NCBI GenBank assembly: GCA_017879645.1 | Contig: JAAEXZ010000001.1 | Span: forward strand, 3,583-67,582 | From: Nitrosomonas sp. | GTDB taxonomy: Bacteria > Pseudomonadota > Gammaproteobacteria > Burkholderiales > Nitrosomonadaceae | Length of the DNA: 64,000 nt | Direction of reading: 5' to 3' | In this document: piece after piece, positions 19,322 through 29,988 of the stretch | Numbering within the stretch: the stretch's first letter is position 1 | How the letters are laid out: every line of letters starts with the position of its first letter | Program-made: the position numbers and the translations under genes | The notes under the pieces: generated by a model | What the model was told of the DNA's origin: nothing | The model's input: the letters and a program-made list of their open reading frames with translations, nothing else | Databases searched by the model: none

Positions 19322-20305
19322 TTAATTTTCCGGTTTTTGCATTGATAGATGTTGCTTGTAATGTTCTTCACTGCAAAAAAACTTGCCTTGACCAGCGACA
19401 GCTTCATCCTTACGAATCACTGCATTACAAAACGCACACTGCGTGTTGGTTTCCGACTCCTGTGGACGATCGCTTTGTGTGGTTGTATCCTGTTGCTTTA
19501 CCTCATTTTCATGCGACGGGGGGCGATGTTGTTGCTGACTATCCCGGTCTGTTTCCGGATTATCCGAATCAGATTCGTTATCGCGGATGCGCAGTGGTTC
19601 TGCGAGGAAGATATCCTTGTAGCTCGCATAGATGGATGTAAACATGACCGGGATCAGCACAATGAATCCCAATCCGTAGATTTCCATGCTCAGGAGTGAC
19701 AAAAGGATGAAAATGATGCCATAAACCTGAAAAGGAATAAAATTTTTCAGGCAGGCAAAAAAGCTGCGTTGCAAGGCCACTACAGGAGGGGTGTCGTGAA
19801 ATACGATCAGTAGGGGCGAGAACCAGGATGCCATCATCAGGGGAATGGACAGTGCCAAAGCAATAAGGAATGAGGTCAGGAAACTGCTCATGACATCCAT
19901 CAATTCACTCTCGTCGAACCGCTTTCCATACAACAGCATGTCAATCATCTGCGTGCCGCCGATCAGCATGACCAAGCCCAGGATCAGAACCTGTCCGATC
20001 AGATATATTCCCCCGACTGTGACCAGTGAAGCCGTATTGATTCGGAAAGCAGAAAACAAGTGCATGATTTGCAGGGGTCGACCCCGTTCCATGTCCTTGC
20101 ATCCCATCATGACCCCGGCCAGGAAAATAGGTGAAATCAGGGTGAAGATGAATTTGCCGATGAAAGGCAACAAGGAAACACCGATGGCAATGATGATGAG
20201 GGTGAAGCATGTCACTATCCAGGCCAAGGGTGCCTTCAGGAACAGATAGAAGCCGTTGATGATCCATTGTAATCCCTGCTTGCCATTGACTTGATGAATT
20301 TCCAT
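19322..20305 (-). CDS. Multi-pass membrane protein (BPSS1780-like) with C-terminal Cys-x2-Cys...FCS-x2-H zinc-ribbon-like tail
   Basis: About six hydrophobic segments come first. A polar acidic linker (RDNESDSDNPETDRDSQQQHRPPSHENE) follows, then CAFCNAVIRKDEAVAGQGKFFCSEEHYKQH. It lies 37 nt downstream of thrB on the same strand. Confidence 0.6.
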   Translation of the reverse strand: MEIHQVNGKQGLQWIINGFYLFLKAPLAWIVTCFTLIIIAIGVSLLPFIGKFIFTLISPIFLAGVMMGCKDMERGRPLQIMHLFSAFRINTASLVTVGGIYLIGQVLILGLVMLIGGTQMIDMLLYGKRFDESELMDVMSSFLTSFLIALALSIPLMMASWFSPLLIVFHDTPPVVALQRSFFACLKNFIPFQVYGIIFILLSLLSMEIYGLGFIVLIPVMFTSIYASYKDIFLAEPLRIRDNESDSDNPETDRDSQQQHRPPSHENEVKQQDTTTQSDRPQESETNTQCAFCNAVIRKDEAVAGQGKFFCSEEHYKQHLSMQKPEN

Positions 20306-20342
20306 TCGTTAATCTCCAGAATATTCAATATTTTATGATGTT

Positions 20343-21293
20343 TCAGATCCAGTAATGTCGCATGCTGTGCGTATCGGCAGCATGGTTTATCAGGATCTCG
20401 CGAAAATGTATGGGGTCCTTGGCATGGGTAAGTTCGCCCGGGCGCGGCAAATGAAAATCATACAAACGAGAGACCCAGAAACGCAAGGCACCTGCACGCA
20501 ACATGACAGGCCAGGCAGCATGCTCTTCGACAGTCAGTGGCCGAATGTCATGATAAGCGTGAATCAGGGCGCGGGTTCGTGGTACATCCAGCAATTTGTC
20601 CTCAGTCATGCACCAGTCGTTGGCGACAATGGCCAGATCATATAAAAAACGGTCATAACAGGCAAAATAAAAATCGATGACGCCACCCAGGGTACTCTCA
20701 CTGAACAGGACATTATCACGAAATAAATCGGCGTGAATGATTCCACTTGGAAGGGTGGAATAGGGATGGTCGTGTTGAAATTGTAGTTCCTGATCCAGTA
20801 ACCGACTTTCTTCCGTGGACAGAAAAGGGGCGATTTCGGGTTTTTTGGTTTGCCACCAACCCAATCCACGCGGGTTGCTCATTTTACCGGAATAGGACTT
20901 GCCTGCTATATGCATTTGTGCCAGCATTTTTCCGACTTCGGCGCATTGATCAGCAGTCGGATGCTGCAGCGATTTTCCGGGCAGACAGGTTACGAGTGTT
21001 GCAGGCTTGCCATTGAGTTCACCGAGCAGTTGTCCGTTTTTTCCGGGAATCGGCGCCGGGCATGGAATGCCATGAAGCGATAGATGCGCCATCAGATTCA
21101 GATAGAAGGGTAACTCGCTGGTGGTTAGTTTCTCAAACAGGGTCAGCACATACTTGCCTTGCGTCGTGGTGACAAAGTAGTTGGTATTTTCAATGCCGGA
21201 TGAGATACCCTGCAATCGAACCAGTTTGCCGAGTGAGTAATGCTCCAGCCAAGCATCAAGCTGTTGCTCTGAAACGGGGGTGAAGACAGACAT
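20343..21293 (-). CDS. thrB: Homoserine kinase (APH-fold ThrB type)
   Basis: N-terminus [12 protein letters not shown]...[13 protein letters not shown]...YVLTLFE and the catalytic [12 protein letters not shown] motif. 316 aa. The thrB-DUF2782-polA neighbourhood is as in pseudomonads. Confidence 0.88.
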   Translation of the reverse strand: MSVFTPVSEQQLDAWLEHYSLGKLVRLQGISSGIENTNYFVTTTQGKYVLTLFEKLTTSELPFYLNLMAHLSLHGIPCPAPIPGKNGQLLGELNGKPATLVTCLPGKSLQHPTADQCAEVGKMLAQMHIAGKSYSGKMSNPRGLGWWQTKKPEIAPFLSTEESRLLDQELQFQHDHPYSTLPSGIIHADLFRDNVLFSESTLGGVIDFYFACYDRFLYDLAIVANDWCMTEDKLLDVPRTRALIHAYHDIRPLTVEEHAAWPVMLRAGALRFWVSRLYDFHLPRPGELTHAKDPIHFREILINHAADTHSMRHYWI

Positions 21294-21373
21294 GGGTCAG
21301 CGTGAAAGAAAATGGAATGTAATCGATACGGTCGTCGTTGTGCAATTACAATTGCATTGTTTCGAGGCAATCA

Positions 21374-21784
21374 TCAGAATTTCAGGAATTGCCACATCGG
21401 TGCACTGACATCGATTCCACCCTCACCAGCATGTGTGTGCGAACCTCTTCCCATGTTTTTTTTCAAGTAATAGGGAGGGCCGATGCGGGGAATGACCTTG
21501 ATCATCAACAGCTCCCCGTTGATGCGATGCTCTTCGATGGTGTCTTCTCCGCGCTTGATAATGGTTACCTGTGTCTCAAGTTCGGGATCAGGCTGAATAT
21601 CGGGCACTTCCGGAGGAGAAGATGGGGGCGTGTCCGTGACGGGCGGCAGTTCAGGGATTTCGGGCAGTGGGATGAGATTGTTGGGTACCGAGGATTGCTT
21701 GGCCTGTTTGGGTTGTGCAACAGCGGATTCTCCCATGACAGGCATTGCGGTACTCAACAATATGATGAAAAAGAATGGATACAT
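21374..21784 (-). CDS. DUF2782-like periplasmic protein
   Basis: Start set at the internal ATG (21784), which gives a signal peptide MYPFFFIILLSTAMPVMG. The conserved C-terminal block is VTIIKRGEDTIEEHRINGELLMIKVIP. The longer listed ORF would overlap the LOG gene. Confidence 0.65.
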   Translation of the reverse strand: MYPFFFIILLSTAMPVMGESAVAQPKQAKQSSVPNNLIPLPEIPELPPVTDTPPSSPPEVPDIQPDPELETQVTIIKRGEDTIEEHRINGELLMIKVIPRIGPPYYLKKNMGRGSHTHAGEGGIDVSAPMWQFLKF

Positions 21785-21842
21785 AATGATTCCCGTTTGA
21801 TCAGGGTGATTTTGTATTCTACCTAAAATGGGTGAATACGAA

Positions 21843-22562
21843 TTAAAGATTGAGTTGCACTTCTCGTTCTGCAGCCGTAGGTTCAAACCCGCTGGTTTCA
21901 TAATACTGGAAAATCGCCTGGACGATCTGATCGGGTTCGTCGATGACTTGAATCAGGTTCATATCCTGCTGAGAAATCAGTCCTTCATTAACCAGCGTTT
22001 TTTGGAACCAGTCCAACAGACCCTGCCAGAAAGCCGAATATACCAGAATGATCGGCATCTTGCGGGTTTTGCCGGTTTGTACCAATGTCAACGCTTCCAT
22101 CAATTCATCCAGTGTACCGAAACCGCCCGGTAAGACCACATAGGCGGTGGCGAATTTGACAAACATATACTTGCGTGCAAAAAAATGTCTGAACGTTTGG
22201 CTGATATCCTGGTAAGCATTGCGGTGTTGTTCGTGGGGCAACTGGATGTTCAGGCCGATACTAGGCGATTTGCCAAAATAGGCACCCTTGTTGGCAGCTT
22301 CCATGATACCGGGACCTCCTCCGGAAATGACGGCAAAACCGGCATCCGATAACTGTCTGGCAATGCGTTCAGCCAGTTGATAATGCGGATTGTCCGGATC
22401 CGTGCGTGCACTGCCAAAGATACTAACAGCAGGCTGGATGGCATCAAGTCGTTCCGTTCCCTCAACAAACTCTGCCATAATTCTAAACAGGCGCCATGAT
22501 TCTTTTGCTGACCAAGATTGTTCGACAGAAGCCTGATCAACCCTCTTATCTTTAAGGCTCAT
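21843..22562 (-). CDS. LOG family protein (TIGR00730 / cytokinin riboside 5'-monophosphate phosphoribohydrolase-like)
   Basis: VSIFGSAR, GGGPGIMEAANKGA and PGGFGTLDELMEALTLVQTGK motifs. Confidence 0.85.
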   Translation of the reverse strand: MSLKDKRVDQASVEQSWSAKESWRLFRIMAEFVEGTERLDAIQPAVSIFGSARTDPDNPHYQLAERIARQLSDAGFAVISGGGPGIMEAANKGAYFGKSPSIGLNIQLPHEQHRNAYQDISQTFRHFFARKYMFVKFATAYVVLPGGFGTLDELMEALTLVQTGKTRKMPIILVYSAFWQGLLDWFQKTLVNEGLISQQDMNLIQVIDEPDQIVQAIFQYYETSGFEPTAAEREVQLNL

Positions 22563-22575
22563 AGGAAATAAATGA

Positions 22576-25317
22576 ATGAAAACACTGTTGCTGGTTGATG
22601 GATCTTCTTATTTGTACCGTGCATTTCACGCGTTACCGGATTTGCGTAATCGGAACCATGAACCGACAGGCGCTATACACGGAGTGCTCAACATGCTGCG
22701 GCGATTACACAAGGATTACCATGCCGATTATAGCGCGTGCGTGTTTGATGCAAAAGGTAAAACTTTTCGCGATGAACTGTATCCCGAATATAAGTCCCAC
22801 AGGCCGGCAATGCCACCTGATCTGGCAATTCAGATCGAGCCGCTGCTTGCCTGCATTCGGGCTCTGGGCTGGCCGATGCTGATTATTGATGGGGTAGAAG
22901 CAGACGATGTGATCGGTACCCTGGCAACACAGGCTGTGGAAGAAAACATGCAGTGCATCATTTCCACCGGGGACAAGGATCTGGCCCAACTGGTATGTCC
23001 ACAGATCAAGTTGGTAAATACCATGACCAATGAAGAACTGGATGAAGTTCATGTGAAAATCAAGTTTGGTGTGCCTCCTTCGCTGATGCTGGATTATCTG
23101 ATGCTGATCGGTGATACGTCGGATAATGTCCCCGGGGTAACCAAAGTCGGACCCAAGACCGCTGTCAAATGGCTGACGCAATATGGCTCACTTGAAAGTT
23201 TGGTTGCGCATGCGGATGAAATCAAAGGAGTTGTTGGGGATAATCTGCGTCTTGCCTTAAGCTGGTTTGAAACTTCGCGCCAATTGATCACGATTCGATG
23301 TGATGTGGATTTACCCGTGAAGATTCCGGATCTTGCGCTACAGCCACAGGATGTCGATACGCTGATGCAATTGTACGACAGATTGGATATGAAGACCGCG
23401 CTGCGAGAATTGCGTCAGCAAATGGAAATCGGGCAAACCGGCGGGCTGGCTGTACGTGAGAACGCTACTGATCCGGACATGAAACTGGCTTTTGCGGCAA
23501 CGCCAGAGGAAGATGGACATTATCAGACAATTTTGGCCGAAAGTGAGCTGGATGCCTGGATAGCCCGGCTACAGCAGGCACAACTCGTGTCACTGGATAC
23601 CGAGACCACGAGTCTGAATCCCATGCAAGCCAGGCTGGTGGGGATTTCCTTTTGTATCGATAGCTGTTATGCAGCCTATTTGCCCTTGCAGCACGATTAT
23701 GCCGGAGTACCTGATCAACTATCGCTGGAGGTTGTGCTGGAAAAGCTGAAACCCTGGTTGGAAGATGCCTCAAAGCCCAAGCTGGGGCAGAATCTCAAAT
23801 ATGACAAACATGTTTTTGCCAATCACGGTATTCAGTTGAATGGCATTGCCCATGACACGTTACTGCAGTCCTATGTATTGGAATCGCATCGTCCGCACAA
23901 CATGGATAATCTGGCATTGCGTCATTTGAGTATCAAGACGATTACCTATGATGAAGTGACTGGAAAAGGTGCCAGTCGCATCGGGTTTGAGCAGGTTGCA
24001 ATTGATGTGGCGACTCGTTACGCCGCCGAAGATGCTGATGTCACCTTGCGTTTGCATCAGGAGTTGTATCCGAGACTGCACCAGGAGCAAAAACTGGATT
24101 TTATATATCAGCAGATCGAAATGCCTGTTCTGGATGTGCTGTTTACCATCGAACGCAATGGTGTGCTGCTGGATGATAAGTTGTTGCAACGGCAAAGCCG
24201 CGAGTTGGGAGAGAAGTTGCACGAACTGGAACAGCGTGCGTTCGAGTTGGCGCAACAACCATTCAACCTGAATTCGCCTAAGCAGATCCAGCAGATATTA
24301 TTTCATCAGTTGAAACTGCCCGTACTCAAGAAAACCCCCACAGGGATTCCTTCGACCGATGAGGATGTGTTGCAGCAACTGGCACTGGATTATCCGCTGC
24401 CTAAATTATTGCTTGACTATCGCGGTATGGCCAAGTTGAAGTCAACTTATACCGATAAATTACCACTGATGATCGAACGCCGAACCGGGCGAGTGCATAC
24501 GAATTATGCCCAGGCAGTCGCTGTAACCGGCCGATTGGCCAGTTCGGATCCCAATTTGCAGAATATTCCCGTGCGAACGAGCGAGGGGCGCAGAATTCGT
24601 GAGGCTTTCATTGCAGCACCGGACTGTCAGATCGTTTCTGCGGATTATTCGCAAATTGAATTGCGCATCATGGCGCATATTTCCCAGGATGCCGGGTTGT
24701 TGAGGGCTTTTGCTGCCGGAGAAGATATACATCGTGCCACCGCGGCTGAAGTCTTCGGTATTCCACTGGAGCAGGTCGATCAGGAGCAGCGGCGTTATGC
24801 GAAAGTCATCAATTTTGGTCTAATCTATGGCATGTCAGAGTTTGGGTTGGCTTCCCAGTTGGGAATTGAACGTAGTGCAGCCCGAACTTACATGGAACGT
24901 TATTTTGCACGCTATCCTAATGTAGAGCAGTACATGCGATTGACCCGAGAAAAAGCCAAGCAACAGGGCTATGTGGAAACTGTTCTGGGGCGCCGGTTAT
25001 GGTTATCCGAGATTAATCACAGCAACGGTAGTCGTCGCCAGGGTGCCGAGCGCGCGGCAATCAATGCGCCCATGCAGGGTACAGCAGCCGATATCATCAA
25101 GCTTGCCATGATAGCGGTTCACAATAAGCTGCAACAGGAGAATTTACGCTGCAAAATGATCATGCAGGTACACGACGAACTGGTACTCGAAGTGCCTCAT
25201 GATGAAATCGATTACATTAAAAAAATTCTTCCCGACTGCATGTGCAATGTTCTGGAGTTGGATGTGCCACTACAGGTGCACATCGGGACAGGTAACAACT
25301 GGGAACAGGCGCATTGA
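22576..25317 (+). CDS. polA: DNA polymerase I
   Basis: 913 aa with a 5' nuclease N-terminus (LLLVDGSSYLYRAFHA), a 3'-5' exonuclease domain (VSLDTETTSL) and polymerase motifs A/B/C (SADYSQIELRI, RRYAKVINFGLIYG, QVHDELV). Confidence 0.97.
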   Translation: MKTLLLVDGSSYLYRAFHALPDLRNRNHEPTGAIHGVLNMLRRLHKDYHADYSACVFDAKGKTFRDELYPEYKSHRPAMPPDLAIQIEPLLACIRALGWPMLIIDGVEADDVIGTLATQAVEENMQCIISTGDKDLAQLVCPQIKLVNTMTNEELDEVHVKIKFGVPPSLMLDYLMLIGDTSDNVPGVTKVGPKTAVKWLTQYGSLESLVAHADEIKGVVGDNLRLALSWFETSRQLITIRCDVDLPVKIPDLALQPQDVDTLMQLYDRLDMKTALRELRQQMEIGQTGGLAVRENATDPDMKLAFAATPEEDGHYQTILAESELDAWIARLQQAQLVSLDTETTSLNPMQARLVGISFCIDSCYAAYLPLQHDYAGVPDQLSLEVVLEKLKPWLEDASKPKLGQNLKYDKHVFANHGIQLNGIAHDTLLQSYVLESHRPHNMDNLALRHLSIKTITYDEVTGKGASRIGFEQVAIDVATRYAAEDADVTLRLHQELYPRLHQEQKLDFIYQQIEMPVLDVLFTIERNGVLLDDKLLQRQSRELGEKLHELEQRAFELAQQPFNLNSPKQIQQILFHQLKLPVLKKTPTGIPSTDEDVLQQLALDYPLPKLLLDYRGMAKLKSTYTDKLPLMIERRTGRVHTNYAQAVAVTGRLASSDPNLQNIPVRTSEGRRIREAFIAAPDCQIVSADYSQIELRIMAHISQDAGLLRAFAAGEDIHRATAAEVFGIPLEQVDQEQRRYAKVINFGLIYGMSEFGLASQLGIERSAARTYMERYFARYPNVEQYMRLTREKAKQQGYVETVLGRRLWLSEINHSNGSRRQGAERAAINAPMQGTAADIIKLAMIAVHNKLQQENLRCKMIMQVHDELVLEVPHDEIDYIKKILPDCMCNVLELDVPLQVHIGTGNNWEQAH

Positions 25318-25381
25318 TGAGGGTGTAGCAATTACGAAGGCCTGTTCCTGGGTTGTATGAAATACGTGCAAACGGATTGTG

Positions 25382-27847
25382 TTACTCGCGGGTCTCGACT
25401 TGCATCAAAGGACCTGCTTCTGTAGCTGCGACGCTTTTGACTTTTCTTCGGGTACGTTTTTGGGGGGGGGCTGATTCCTCACTATTGGATTCCACCCTTT
25501 CATTTGCAGTTTCGATCATAACCAGTCCACTTTTGGTAAGATCCGGTAACTCCTTGACAAAATTGGAGTCATTAGTGGAAGAGTTATTGGTATTAGCGTT
25601 CCTGCTGTTTGTGTTTGAATCTTCAAAGCGGTTTTCGGTTTTTTCAATCAGTGAATCTTTTGCAGGTTCTCTGGAAGCAGTTGAAAAATGATCTGAGCTT
25701 GCAGGTTGTGAATCCACGAAATCGGTACCGGTTGAAAAAGTGCTGGCATCGATGGAATCAGCATGACGATCTGCTGACTGCCCAACACTTCCACTTTCTT
25801 CTACAGATTTTTCGCGAGCGTTTTGATCTCGGTTCTTGCTACTACGATGTCTGCGAGGGCGTTTACGGCTTTCACCTTTGCTGGCGGTACCCTCGTCCGG
25901 AGTCATTGACGTATTCAGTGATTCCGATTGATTTGCATCCGGTTTAGCCTCAACAAGGGTTACGGAATCCAGCAAACTTTCAGATTGTACCTGAAACTGG
26001 GTATCATCCGAGGTACCGGCTTTGCCTGGCTTGTTCGCTGAGTCTCTACTGCGCTCATTTCGGGGGCGGGCACGCCGGCCACCACGTGATTTTCCATTTC
26101 TTTCCTGCGAGCTCCTGGGTTTGTCAATATCTGTTTTTGTCTCGGATTTAGCATTGACTGTTTCGACAGAATCGGATTTAAACCAGCTAAAGAACTTGTC
26201 CAGAAGGGAAGTATCACGTGACCTGTCCTCTCGAATAGGTGCAGGTTGTACGGGAGTGATTCCCTGGACAGCCGCTTTGGGGCGAACCGGTTTGTTTTTT
26301 TGCTCTGATAATAATAGATTATTTTCTTCAGTGTTTTTTTCAACCAGCTTGTAACTGGCTACGATCTCATTCGATTTGATATCTTCATGACGCAGCCGTG
26401 TGATGCTGTAGTTGGGTGTCTCGATGTGAATATTAGGAATAAGGATGATATTGATCCTCTGTCTCATTTCAATATCATAAATTTCAGCACGTTTTTCGTT
26501 CAGCAGGTAGGTCGCCACATCAACTGGAAGCTGAACATGAAGCGCGCTGGTGTTCTCTTTCATCGCTTCTTCTTGAATAATCCTCAGCACATGAAGTGCA
26601 GATGAATCGGTGCCACGGATGTACCCTGTTCCATTGCAACGTTGACAGGGGATGTAGTTACTTTCGCCGAGAGAAGGACGCAGGCGTTGGCGTGACAATT
26701 CCATCAAGCCAAAACGTGAGATCTTGCCAACCTGGATACGTGCCCGATCTTGTCTTAATGCTTCATGCAGCCGAACCTCGACTTCGCGTTGATTGCGCTG
26801 CACATCCATATCGATGAAATCAATGACGATCAGTCCCCCCAGATCACGCAACCTCAACTGGCGTGCAATTTCATCGGCAGCTTCGAGATTGGTGTTGAGT
26901 GCGGTGTGCTCGATGTCTAGCCCGCGTATGGCGCGTGCGGAATTGACGTCTACAGAAACCAATGCCTCGGTATGATCGATTACAATCGCCCCACCTGAAG
27001 GCAAGGAAACATGCCTCGAATAGGCTGTTTCAATCTGGTGCTCGATCTGGAAACGCGAGAAAAGCGGTACATCATCATGATAGTATTTCAGACGATCTAC
27101 ATTGGCCGGCATGACATGCGCCATAAACTGACTGGCTTGCTCGAAAATATCGCGACTATCAATCAGTATTTCACCGATTTCTTGATTGAAATAATCACGT
27201 ATGGCACGTATAACCAAGCTACTTTCCTGATAAATCAGAAAAACACCATCCTGATTGTTTGCAGCTTCTTCAATGGCAAACCACAATTGCGTGAGGTAAT
27301 TCAGATCCCATTGCAATTCTTCTGCACTTCGACCTATTCCGGCTGTTCTGGCGATGATGCTCATTCCTTCAGGGACTTCAAGCTGGGCAATGACATCACG
27401 GAGATCGTTTCGCTCCTCACCCGTAATGCGTCGTGATACACCACCACTATTGGGATTGTTAGGAATAAGAACAAGGTACCGACCAGCCAGTGAAATATAT
27501 GTGGTCAGTGCTGCGCCTTTATTACCACGTTCATCTTTATCTACTTGTACGATTAATTCCTGACCTTCATAGATCTGATCGTGAATGCGAGTACCAGAAT
27601 TCGCATTTTCACCCAAACAGGATGGTGAAATTTCCTTGAATGGAAGAAAACCATGGCGTTCACAACCATAATCAACAAAAGCAGCTTCTAGGCTAGGCTC
27701 AATCCGAGTAATAACTGCCTTATAAATATTGCTTTTTCGTTGCTCTTTGGTAACAGACTCTATATCAAGATCAATTAGTGTTTGACCGTTGACAATCGCT
27801 ACCCTTAACTCCTCTGGTTGAGTCGCATTAAATAACATTCGTTTCAT
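25382..27847 (-). CDS. rne: Ribonuclease E
   Basis: N-terminus [22 protein letters not shown]..., an S1 domain, a catalytic core with the Zn-link CQRCNGTG, then a long low-complexity Arg/Ser/Asp-rich scaffold. Divergent from rluC as in E. coli. Confidence 0.95.
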   Translation of the reverse strand: MKRMLFNATQPEELRVAIVNGQTLIDLDIESVTKEQRKSNIYKAVITRIEPSLEAAFVDYGCERHGFLPFKEISPSCLGENANSGTRIHDQIYEGQELIVQVDKDERGNKGAALTTYISLAGRYLVLIPNNPNSGGVSRRITGEERNDLRDVIAQLEVPEGMSIIARTAGIGRSAEELQWDLNYLTQLWFAIEEAANNQDGVFLIYQESSLVIRAIRDYFNQEIGEILIDSRDIFEQASQFMAHVMPANVDRLKYYHDDVPLFSRFQIEHQIETAYSRHVSLPSGGAIVIDHTEALVSVDVNSARAIRGLDIEHTALNTNLEAADEIARQLRLRDLGGLIVIDFIDMDVQRNQREVEVRLHEALRQDRARIQVGKISRFGLMELSRQRLRPSLGESNYIPCQRCNGTGYIRGTDSSALHVLRIIQEEAMKENTSALHVQLPVDVATYLLNEKRAEIYDIEMRQRINIILIPNIHIETPNYSITRLRHEDIKSNEIVASYKLVEKNTEENNLLLSEQKNKPVRPKAAVQGITPVQPAPIREDRSRDTSLLDKFFSWFKSDSVETVNAKSETKTDIDKPRSSQERNGKSRGGRRARPRNERSRDSANKPGKAGTSDDTQFQVQSESLLDSVTLVEAKPDANQSESLNTSMTPDEGTASKGESRKRPRRHRSSKNRDQNAREKSVEESGSVGQSADRHADSIDASTFSTGTDFVDSQPASSDHFSTASREPAKDSLIEKTENRFEDSNTNSRNANTNNSSTNDSNFVKELPDLTKSGLVMIETANERVESNSEESAPPQKRTRRKVKSVAATEAGPLMQVETRE
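25462..25470 (-). repeat. C9 (plus-strand G9) homopolymer in the 3' end of rne
   Basis: Direct count of G at 25462..25470. On the minus strand it reads gcc ccc ccc caa (A-P-P-Q), 26 codons before the stop. Confidence 0.95.
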
Positions 27848-28325
27848 TTACAAGCCTTACGTGTTGTAATTATAAATAAACCATTCACTATCGTATCGGA
27901 TGGCTTTTTCTGTTGGACGTAGTTGTAATGACGAGGTTTGGGTTTTCTGTATTTGTTGTAATATATACTTATCAATTACTTATTTCTTATTATTGAGTTT
28001 TAGTTAATGAATATTTTAGTTGTTGAAAAAATTGTGAATCGAAATTAGAAATGAGTCCTATATATATTTTAATTCTAATATATTAACAATTGTTAAGGTA
28101 GCAGATTTTACATAAAGTTCCAAATAGAACTTTGCTTTAAATCAAATTTTTTACCAACACATTTTTTGTATATTTTTTATTCAGATGGATTTTCCTATTT
28201 TAAAATAGAGAAACCAAATTTACGAATTTCCATTGGTCGAATTTTACAACATAGACTTGAAAAGAAGATAGATTAAGTTCAAGGTTTCAATCATTTTGCA
28301 ACAAAAATCTTTATTCACTAATGAG
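27848..28325. promoter_or_regulatory. AT-rich divergent rne / rluC control region, probably containing a long rne 5' leader
   Basis: About 480 bp without a credible ORF, very AT-rich. Local hairpins include aaagttc-caaata-gaacttt (28114..28133) and a 14-bp palindrome ctattttaaaatag (28195..28208). The E. coli rne gene has a long autoregulatory leader. Confidence 0.4.
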
Positions 28326-29330
28326 ATGACAACCCAAACCTCCGTTGAATACCTGCAGATTGGCGAGAACGAGGACAATCAGCGGATTGATAATTTTTTG
28401 ATCAAACATTTTCGGACCGTACCCAAAAGCCATTTGTATCAAATTTTGAGGAGTGGGCAAATTAGGGTCAACGGTAAGCGTATCGATGCCAAATATCGTT
28501 TGCAGATTGGCGAAACGCTCAGAATTCCACCTCTCAAAATCGGGTTTGCTGATATTTCCTCGCAAAAATCAGTTCCATCTTCGAATTGGTTTCAGTTCAA
28601 AAGAATATACGAAGACGATGTCTTGTTAGTTATAGATAAACCAAGTGGAATAGCTGTTCATGGCGGAAGTGGTATCAGTTTTGGTGTCATTGAGCAGCTC
28701 CGTGCGCAACATTCTTCTTGGGAATTTCTGGAACTCGTTCATCGATTGGATCGAGAAACTTCGGGAGTATTAATGTTGGCTAAAAAACGCAGTGCATTAG
28801 TTGAGTTGCACAAGCAAATTCGCGAAGGATCGACTGAAAAACATTATCTTGTCATGGTCAAGGGGCAATGGAGAAATACTAAACAACATGTCAAGCTGGC
28901 TTTGAACAAATACCTTACAGCCACCGGAGAGCGTCGAGTGGCCGTTTCAACACCAGGACGGAATCGTGATGCTAAGCCAATGGAAGCGCACACTGTGTTC
29001 AGATTGAAAAAGGCATGGGAACAGTACAGTTTACTGGATGCGGAATTAAAAACAGGTCGCACACACCAGATTCGCGTTCATTTGGCCCATCTTGGATTCC
29101 CCATTCTGGGGGATGACAAGTATGGCGATTTCGAGTTGAACAAGATGATTGCGAAATTAAATAGTGGCTTGCGACTGCAACGTATGTTTTTGCATGCCCA
29201 TACCATGCGTATCAGGCATCCGTTTACGGCGCAATACCTTGATTTTAATTCGCCTTTGCCCAAAGACTTATCAGGTTTCATGGCCGCTCTGGATGTAAGT
29301 GCAAACGCGGGTTCAGCGCATTCGCCGTGA
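28326..29330 (+). CDS. rluC: 23S rRNA pseudouridine synthase C (RluA family, S4 domain)
   Basis: S4-like N-terminus (QRIDNFLIKHFRTVPKSHLYQILRSGQIRVNGKR) and catalytic HRLDRETSGVL. Start set at ATG 28326 (MTTQTS...) by comparison with the E. coli RluC N-terminus. Confidence 0.85.
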   Translation: MTTQTSVEYLQIGENEDNQRIDNFLIKHFRTVPKSHLYQILRSGQIRVNGKRIDAKYRLQIGETLRIPPLKIGFADISSQKSVPSSNWFQFKRIYEDDVLLVIDKPSGIAVHGGSGISFGVIEQLRAQHSSWEFLELVHRLDRETSGVLMLAKKRSALVELHKQIREGSTEKHYLVMVKGQWRNTKQHVKLALNKYLTATGERRVAVSTPGRNRDAKPMEAHTVFRLKKAWEQYSLLDAELKTGRTHQIRVHLAHLGFPILGDDKYGDFELNKMIAKLNSGLRLQRMFLHAHTMRIRHPFTAQYLDFNSPLPKDLSGFMAALDVSANAGSAHSP

Positions 29331-29988
29331 CGTGATCTGCCTGGCTAAAAGCGGATCGGGCGGTTAGGTGATCACTTTTAATCATGGTTTGTAAAATTTC
29401 CCAGACATTTTCGACGATTTTGTGCTGAGCGATTTCAGTGGGATGAATGCCATCCGACTGAAAGAATTCACGTTTGTCACCAAAACCGGCTAGCAGAAAT
29501 GGGACCAGCTTTATCTGAAAATTCTCGGCTAATTGCAGGAAAACGGACTGGAACTTTTGTGTATACGTAATGCCATAGTTCGGTGGTAATTGCATGCCTG
29601 CCAGTAGAACCAATACATTATTTTTTTGGCATGTAGCAATAATGGCTGCAAGATTGTCATAAATCGATTTGACCGATGCGCCGCGTAAACCATCGTTGGC
29701 TCCCAGTTCAAGTATGATGATATCCGGAAGATGCTGGCTTAACGCCTGATCGATTCGATTGCGACCTCCGAGCGATGTTTCGCCACTGATACTTGCATTG
29801 ATGATCTGATAACTGTCGGATTGTGTCTGAAGTCGTTGCTTGAGCAATGCAACCCAACCTGCCTCGGTTGATATGCCATAATTTGCAGAAAGGCTGTCAC
29901 CAAAGACCAAAATGGTTTTGGTTGCAGCAAATACCGGGGCAACAAAAAAAAGAACGAATAGCAATATAATCAGGAATATTTTTTTCAT
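29278..29988 (-). CDS. tesA: SGNH/GDSL arylesterase - thioesterase I-like (TesA family)
   Basis: Signal peptide, then block I VFGDSLSANYG, block III GANDG and block V DGIHP. Divergent from an ybbA/ybbP-like ABC pair as in E. coli. It carries a C-terminal extension of about 30 aa. Confidence 0.8.
   Translation of the reverse strand: MKKIFLIILLFVLFFVAPVFAATKTILVFGDSLSANYGISTEAGWVALLKQRLQTQSDSYQIINASISGETSLGGRNRIDQALSQHLPDIIILELGANDGLRGASVKSIYDNLAAIIATCQKNNVLVLLAGMQLPPNYGITYTQKFQSVFLQLAENFQIKLVPFLLAGFGDKREFFQSDGIHPTEIAQHKIVENVWEILQTMIKSDHLTARSAFSQADHVTANALNPRLHLHPERP

Noticed and set aside
21785-21901. N-terminal extension of the DUF2782-like ORF, and the antisense ORF 21338..21826
   Set aside because: The extension overlaps the 3' end of the LOG-family gene and precedes a perfectly good internal ATG that yields a signal peptide. 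The plus-strand ORF is antisense to it and has no features.
25382-26350. Apparent repetitive DNA in the 3' third of rne, and the plus-strand ORFs there (25353..25691, 26022..26354)
   Set aside because: The repetitiveness reflects the intrinsically disordered Arg/Ser/Asp/Asn-rich scaffold domain typical of RNase E. It is not a tandem DNA repeat or mobile element, and the antisense ORFs have no support.
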